The translations under genes and the position numbers were made by a program. From assembly GCA_001767035.1 (NCBI GenBank), contig MEKR01000188.1, positions 1 through 53,364 of the forward strand: DNA of 53,364 nt. The letters are read 5' to 3'. This stretch comes from Acidobacteria bacterium RIFCSPLOWO2_02_FULL_61_28. GTDB taxonomy: Bacteria; Acidobacteriota; Terriglobia; 2-12-FULL-54-10. Under the pieces are notes generated by a model. That model made no database searches. It saw only the letters and a program-made list of their open reading frames with translations, and was not told the origin of the DNA. Below, piece after piece: positions 48,750-53,364 of the stretch (its first letter is position 1; each line of letters starts with the position of its first letter).

Positions 48750-49844
48750 ATGGAAAACCAAGAGATGCAGACTCCCTTAACGGGCCAATGGAACGACTTT
48801 TCGAAGAGGGTTCAGCAACTGTCGGTGGAATCCGCGCGAGCGCTGGAGTCCGCCGAGCAGGCTCGGTCGGAAGCGACCCATGCGCGGTTCGACGCCGAGG
48901 CGTGCACTGCAAAACTGCACAGCCACCGCCGCAGCCTGGCGGGACTTTGGAGCGTCGTGGCGGTGGTCGCCCTCGCCCTGGGCGGCGTAACCTGGTACGG
49001 CTATCGCACCGCTCAGCGCCACGACAACTGGTTCGCCAAACTTCCCGCCTGGGAGCAAACGCTCCAGGGGATAGGCGATCGGATCAACGCTACCGAAACC
49101 AAGCTCGGAACCTGGGCTGGCGATTGGAAGGGCGCAGGAGAGCGCCTGGGGAAACTTGAAAAACGGGTTACCGCCAACGTCCAACTCGTCCGCAATTACG
49201 CGAAGGAACAGGCCAATGAAGTGCACCGCCAAGTCCTAATGGAACTCGATAACCGCACGGAATGGATGCAGACTCGCCTGAGCCGGGTCGAGTCCAGCCA
49301 GGAATCCCAGCGCGCCCATATCGTGGAAGTTCAAGAAGAGGTGGCGCAAGTGCGCCGGGAAATGCACCAGCAAATCGCACAACTCGAGCGCGAAACCGGA
49401 CGCGAGCTGGACGGGGTGCACCAACGCGCAACCGCAACCAGGAATGATGTCGCCGCAACCCGGAATGATTTGGACCGGATGACTGCGCAGCTCAGCCGGG
49501 ACCGCGTGGACTTCGAATTGGCCAGAAACAGGAGCCAGGAACTGGTCGCGGGCATTTCCATGACCGTGAAAGACACCAACGTCCGTTACCAGCGGGTCGA
49601 GGAGGGTTGGGTGCAGTTGGTTCCGGAAGGCCGTTTCCTGTGGATTCGCAGCCAAGGCATCCAGCAGCCGATGATTTTCTACTCGCAGCGGGACAGCCGT
49701 CCCTACGAGATCGTATTCACGCGAGTTAGCAGAGATGGCGCCATAGGTTACCTGGTGCATCCGGGGGGACCACCAGTAGCCTCGGGCGCCAGCGGGCCTC
49801 TTGTCGGGGAGGATCTCTCCGCTTCCGCCATTGAGGCCCGCTAA
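48750..49844 (+). CDS. Membrane-anchored coiled-coil protein, probable distant paralog of 47443-48306
   Basis: TM helix, coiled coil, RDRVDFEL..QQPMIFY..YEIVFT..GYLVHP; RBS ggagg. Confidence 0.82.
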   Translation: MENQEMQTPLTGQWNDFSKRVQQLSVESARALESAEQARSEATHARFDAEACTAKLHSHRRSLAGLWSVVAVVALALGGVTWYGYRTAQRHDNWFAKLPAWEQTLQGIGDRINATETKLGTWAGDWKGAGERLGKLEKRVTANVQLVRNYAKEQANEVHRQVLMELDNRTEWMQTRLSRVESSQESQRAHIVEVQEEVAQVRREMHQQIAQLERETGRELDGVHQRATATRNDVAATRNDLDRMTAQLSRDRVDFELARNRSQELVAGISMTVKDTNVRYQRVEEGWVQLVPEGRFLWIRSQGIQQPMIFYSQRDSRPYEIVFTRVSRDGAIGYLVHPGGPPVASGASGPLVGEDLSASAIEAR

Positions 49845-49976
49845 GCTCGGCCTCAGAGCATTCTTTCCCCCTGTGCTCTGAGGCCTTTCCAGCAGGAGAA
49901 CAGCGATTGCCCCTATGCAAGCGCGGAGGACAATCCCTCCCGGCAAGGTTTAAGGTTTAAGGAGAAAAAAACAATC

Positions 49977-50696
49977 ATGACAAAACGGTACTTGATCTAC
50001 GCGGTGTTCGTGGCATTGGTACTGTTCGGTTCGAGACTCGCTCGAGCCGAGGACGGTGAAGACGAAGGGCGGGGGGAAAAGCTCCTACACTCGGACCTGG
50101 TGCGCGTGACGGAACTCAGCACGGCTCTTCCGTTGGGCCCCTTCCTTCCTGCCGGAAGCGACACCCTTCGGGAAGGGGAAGCCGAAGTGCGGCGCAAGCG
50201 AGAGCTGGGAGTGAAGGTGGAAGGCGCGGTGGCATCGGCTGCCTACGGAGTCTTGTTCTGCCCCTTCGGGCACCCACAGAGTTCCTGTCTGGCTTTGGGG
50301 TCCCTCTTCACGGATGTCGAAGGGAAGGGAGAAGCCCGGCTCGATTTCCTGGCGGCGGGGAACACGTGGGCGGGAGTGATGCTACTCACTCGGGACGCCA
50401 AGAACCAGTTCATCAGCGGCTTTAACTTTCCGCCGGCGGAGGAAGTCACCCCGGCCGGCGCCGGCGAAGTCGAAGTGGAACTGAGCGGCCGGATCGCCTC
50501 GCTGAATCCCGCCAACACTTCGTTCCGCTTAGTAGGCTTTCCGGTGGACATCTTTGTGGGTGCGTCCACGAGGTTCAAGAAAGTCGGCGGGTTCGCGGCC
50601 TTGTTCGTGGGCCTGCAAGTAGAGGTGAAGGGATTCAGCCGCCCGGACGGGACCATTTTCGCCACCGAGGTGAAAGCCGAACAGGACGACGATTAG
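49977..50696 (+). CDS. Secreted protein with a C-terminal DUF5666-like domain
   Basis: Signal peptide; ELSGRIASL..F...G..V..T.F....L.VG.QVEVKG...DG...ATEV. Confidence 0.75.
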   Translation: MTKRYLIYAVFVALVLFGSRLARAEDGEDEGRGEKLLHSDLVRVTELSTALPLGPFLPAGSDTLREGEAEVRRKRELGVKVEGAVASAAYGVLFCPFGHPQSSCLALGSLFTDVEGKGEARLDFLAAGNTWAGVMLLTRDAKNQFISGFNFPPAEEVTPAGAGEVEVELSGRIASLNPANTSFRLVGFPVDIFVGASTRFKKVGGFAALFVGLQVEVKGFSRPDGTIFATEVKAEQDDD

Positions 50697-50703
50697 AAGC
50701 GAG

Positions 50704-50738
50704 GTAGCCACGGCACGTTCTGCGTGCCGTGGGCTTTT
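50704..50738 (+). repeat. Single family-B GTAG REP
   Basis: GTAGCCACGGCACG-ttctg-CGTGCCGTGGgctttt. Confidence 0.85.
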
Positions 50739-50783
50739 GCCAGAGAAGACGATAGGAGTTTGATCCCCCCAAGGAGGAACACC

Positions 50784-51473
50784 ATGAAGCATTGGAAACT
50801 GATCGGAGCGGGTGCGGGGATCGCGGCGGCAGCCGCGCTTTCCTTTGCCTTTCTCGGCCGCCGGGATGCCACCGTGTCAGCCGACAACGCGGGGACCAGC
50901 GCCCCGCAAGACAAATCCTTTCTTTCGCGACTTTCCCGTCAGCCGGAGTTGATCACGGTGCCGGCGAACACCAAACTGCCCATCCGGCTGGAACACGCCA
51001 TCAGCACGGAGAAAAACTCCCCCGGCGATTCCTTCACCGGATCGTTGGATGGGCCGTTGATGGTGGACGGCAAACTGGTCGCGCCTTCACACAGCAAGGT
51101 CGTCGGCCAGATTACCCAGGTGAAGGAGTCGGGACGGGTGGAAGGCCGAGCCAGCCTGACGATGGTGGTGCAGAAGTTGGTGGTGGACGGCAGGGAATAT
51201 GATCTCAACACCGTGCCCATCACGCGCATCGCCCGCAGCACCAAAAAGAAAGACGCCGCGATCATTGGCGGCGGCGCAGCGGCGGGAGCCGTCATCGGCG
51301 CGATTGCCGGCGGCGGCAAGGGAGCGGCCATCGGCGCCGGAGTGGGCGGAGGTTCCGGGACGGGTTACGTGCTCGCCACCAAGGGGGCACCGGTCGCCTA
51401 TGGCCCGGAGGCCCGCTTTGTCTTTGTTCTCTCGAACCCCGTTGAACTGCCGGTTTACAAGCAGTCCAGTTAA
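50784..51473 (+). CDS. Membrane-anchored beta-rich protein (TrbI/VirB10-like fold) with a glycine zipper
   Basis: VPANTKLPIRLEHAIST..GDSF, SKVVGQI..V.ESGRVEG, GGGAAAGAVIGAIAGGGKGAAIGAGVG. Confidence 0.75.
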   Translation: MKHWKLIGAGAGIAAAAALSFAFLGRRDATVSADNAGTSAPQDKSFLSRLSRQPELITVPANTKLPIRLEHAISTEKNSPGDSFTGSLDGPLMVDGKLVAPSHSKVVGQITQVKESGRVEGRASLTMVVQKLVVDGREYDLNTVPITRIARSTKKKDAAIIGGGAAAGAVIGAIAGGGKGAAIGAGVGGGSGTGYVLATKGAPVAYGPEARFVFVLSNPVELPVYKQSS

Positions 51474-51474
51474 G

Positions 51475-52131
51475 CTACCGCGGCGGCGTGGCGGGGCGGC
51501 GCTGCAAGTCAATTTGCTTGAGTTGTTCCAGTTCCGCCTTGAGCTTCTCGAGTTCCTCGGTGAGTTGCCGGATGCGTTCCTCGCGGCGGGTCAGGTCGGC
51601 GCGCAGCCGCTGCAATTCCACCTGCCGGATCCGGTCGAGTTCCTGGTTGATCTCCTGAATCCGCGCCTCCCGCTGGCCGAGGTCGGCACGCAGCATCTCG
51701 ACTTCCCCCTGTTGCTGCGAGAGTTCGGTCTGTTGCCGCGCCAGTTCACTCTGCTGGCGGATGAAAAACTCGGCGGGTGACCGGAAGAGGCTGTTGGGAT
51801 ACTGGCGGATGAGTTGTTCCAGCAATTCCGTGGCCCGGGCCGCGTCCCGCGCCGGACTCTCCGGGAACGCGTGAGCCAGGGCCAGGCGAAACAGCGCGCG
51901 GTCGGCGTTCGGCCCCAGCGGCGTCGCCCGCAGGTAAGTGTTGTACGCTTCGATCGCCTGCCCGTAGTCGCCCGACTCGAAGGCCCGTTCCCCCATCTCG
52001 AAATAGTTGGGAGGAGGCGGCGCTACGGGCGCGCTCGGCCTTCGCTGGCAGGACCACGGCAGCGGGATCAACACCACGCCCAGCAGCCCCGCCGAAAGAA
52101 TCCGCCTCGCTGTCTGATACTCCCGCTTCAT
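51475..52131 (-). CDS. TPR lipoprotein with a C-terminal coiled coil (BamD-like N-terminus, QseG/YfhG-like end)
   Basis: Lipobox-like PWSC; YFEMGERAFESGDYGQA TPR; LEQLKQIDLQRR. Confidence 0.75.
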   Translation of the reverse strand: MKREYQTARRILSAGLLGVVLIPLPWSCQRRPSAPVAPPPPNYFEMGERAFESGDYGQAIEAYNTYLRATPLGPNADRALFRLALAHAFPESPARDAARATELLEQLIRQYPNSLFRSPAEFFIRQQSELARQQTELSQQQGEVEMLRADLGQREARIQEINQELDRIRQVELQRLRADLTRREERIRQLTEELEKLKAELEQLKQIDLQRRPATPPR

Positions 52132-52189
52132 TCCTTCAGCATAGCACCGCTAACACACGCCGGAACGCGAAGATGGAATCGGGTAGTGC

Positions 52190-52268
52190 TTGGCAAGCCC
52201 CCTGAAGGGGGCTAGAAAAATCCGTGGCTCTCGGAGACCCAGGCGTGAACGCCTGGGCTAGAGAAAAA
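52190..52268. repeat. Half copy of the family-C element
   Basis: Reverse complement of about 16956-17033. Confidence 0.8.
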
Positions 52269-52354
52269 ACCGGGGGGCGGTTGTCCTGCGCCGATTCCCC
52301 ATGAGGGTCGAGCCGGTGTCGCCGCCGAGGATTTCGCGGGGCGCGGCGGCCGGT

Positions 52355-52633
52355 TTACGGCGCGGCCATTTCCGGCCAGCGCCACTGGGTCCACTGCTGC
52401 GCTTGCGATTCGTCCAGGCGCTCGACGCGCTCGATGCCGACCGTGCTTTCGAGTTCCCGCACGATCTGGTCCACGGTGATCGGTGGGGCTTCGACCAGCA
52501 CGGTGGCGCGGTGGTGATCTCCGACCGGGGCGCACCAGACGGCCTCAATCAGCAGGCCCCGGCGCGTGAAGCAATTGAGCGCGCGCATCATCGCGCCCGG
52601 AATGTTGTGAAAGTAGATGGCAAGTCCAGTCAT
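52355..52633 (-). CDS. ACT-domain acetolactate synthase small subunit (IlvM-like)
   Basis: HNIPGAMMRALNCFTRRGLLIE ACT motif, directly downstream of the large subunit. Confidence 0.75.
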   Translation of the reverse strand: MTGLAIYFHNIPGAMMRALNCFTRRGLLIEAVWCAPVGDHHRATVLVEAPPITVDQIVRELESTVGIERVERLDESQAQQWTQWRWPEMAAP

Positions 52634-52643
52634 AAATTAAAGG

Positions 52644-52725
52644 CAGTGACAAGTGAAAAGTGACGAGTGACAAGAAAAAACCGCTCCACGAGCGCCGGTT
52701 GTCTATCACTCGTCACTCATCACTG
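52644..52725. repeat. Inverted (AGTGACG)n heptamer hairpin
   Basis: cagtgacaagtgaaaagtgacgagtgaca ... tatcactcgtcactcatcactg; same family as 9301-9391 and 17968-17997. Confidence 0.75.
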
Positions 52726-52729
52726 TAGT

Positions 52730-53364
52730 TCACTTCTTCTCCTCCAGCAGCATATCGGTCAGCGCCGCTCCGGCGGGGACCATCGGGTAGACGTTGGCTT
52801 CGGCGGGGCACTCGACCACGAGCTGCGCCGCGCCCGGGGTGGCCAGGAACTCGCCGAGCATCCGCTCCATGTCCGCGCCGCAGTTCATGAGCGTGCCGGG
52901 GATGCCGTAGGCTTCGGCGATCTTGACGAAGTCCGGGTTGTCGTACAAATCCACTTCCGAGTAGCGGCGGTCCCAGAACAGTTGCTGCCACTGGCGGACC
53001 ATGCCGAGGTACTTGTTGTCAATCACCAGAATCTTGATGGGCAGCGAGTACCGCTGGACCGTGGCCAGCTCCTGAATATTCATCTGGAAGCCGCCGTCGC
53101 CGGCGACGCAGATCACCTGGCGATGGGGGAACGCAAGCTGCGCGCCAATGGCGGCGGGCAGGGCAAAACCCATGGCCCCGAGGCCGCCCGAGGTGATGAA
53201 CTGCCGGGGGTTGGCGATGCCGGAGGCGCGCTGCGCCGCCCACATCTGGTGCTGGCCCACGTCGGCAGTCACCAGCGCCTCCGGGTCCATTCTGTCGAAG
53301 AGCAATTCGAGCACCCGGGTGGGCGACGGTTTGCCGCCCTCCAGGTTCTCCTTGTGCTGCGGAT
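52730..53364 (-). CDS. ilvB: Acetolactate synthase large subunit, 5' part outside the window
   Basis: DVGQHQMWAAQ, TSGGLGAMGF, GDGGFQMNIQEL..N.YLGMVRQWQ, VYPMVP. Confidence 0.95.
   Translation of the reverse strand, partial: PQHKENLEGGKPSPTRVLELLFDRMDPEALVTADVGQHQMWAAQRASGIANPRQFITSGGLGAMGFALPAAIGAQLAFPHRQVICVAGDGGFQMNIQELATVQRYSLPIKILVIDNKYLGMVRQWQQLFWDRRYSEVDLYDNPDFVKIAEAYGIPGTLMNCGADMERMLGEFLATPGAAQLVVECPAEANVYPMVPAGAALTDMLLEEKK

Overview
High-GC bacterial chromosomal window. The gene families (Oar-like TonB receptor, SBBP propeller, Vgb-like and VOC periplasmic proteins, coiled-coil hypotheticals) suggest Acidobacteriota, which is an inference. Housekeeping genes (MacAB-like ABC exporter, icd, mdh, M1 aminopeptidase, CDF transporter, mutS2, UbiD-family decarboxylase, tsaD, ilvB/G with a small ACT subunit, tRNA-Ala-GGC) alternate with small accessory islets. 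The most striking feature is a dense set of small palindromic elements. (i) A REP-associated tyrosine transposase (RAYT) is flanked by its GTAG-type REP doublets. Beside it lies a ~1.1-kb cargo bracketed by a 50-bp REP direct repeat, whose gene is fully overlapped by an antisense ORF. (ii) Several repeat families, sometimes nested, sit IN FRAME inside protein genes (SBBP protein, M28 peptidase, tsaD). (iii) A MITE has 18-bp TIRs and an 8-bp TSD. Other points of interest: a sigma54/IHF-preceded OmpA plus coiled-coil envelope cluster, an HD-GYP regulator paired with a degenerate GGDEF-PilZ membrane protein, a tRNA-Ala micro-island, a 6S-like structured RNA candidate, a solitary PD-(D/E)XK nuclease and a HEPN two-gene module. 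No CRISPR array or rRNA was seen. All family assignments come from motif recognition by eye, not database searches.
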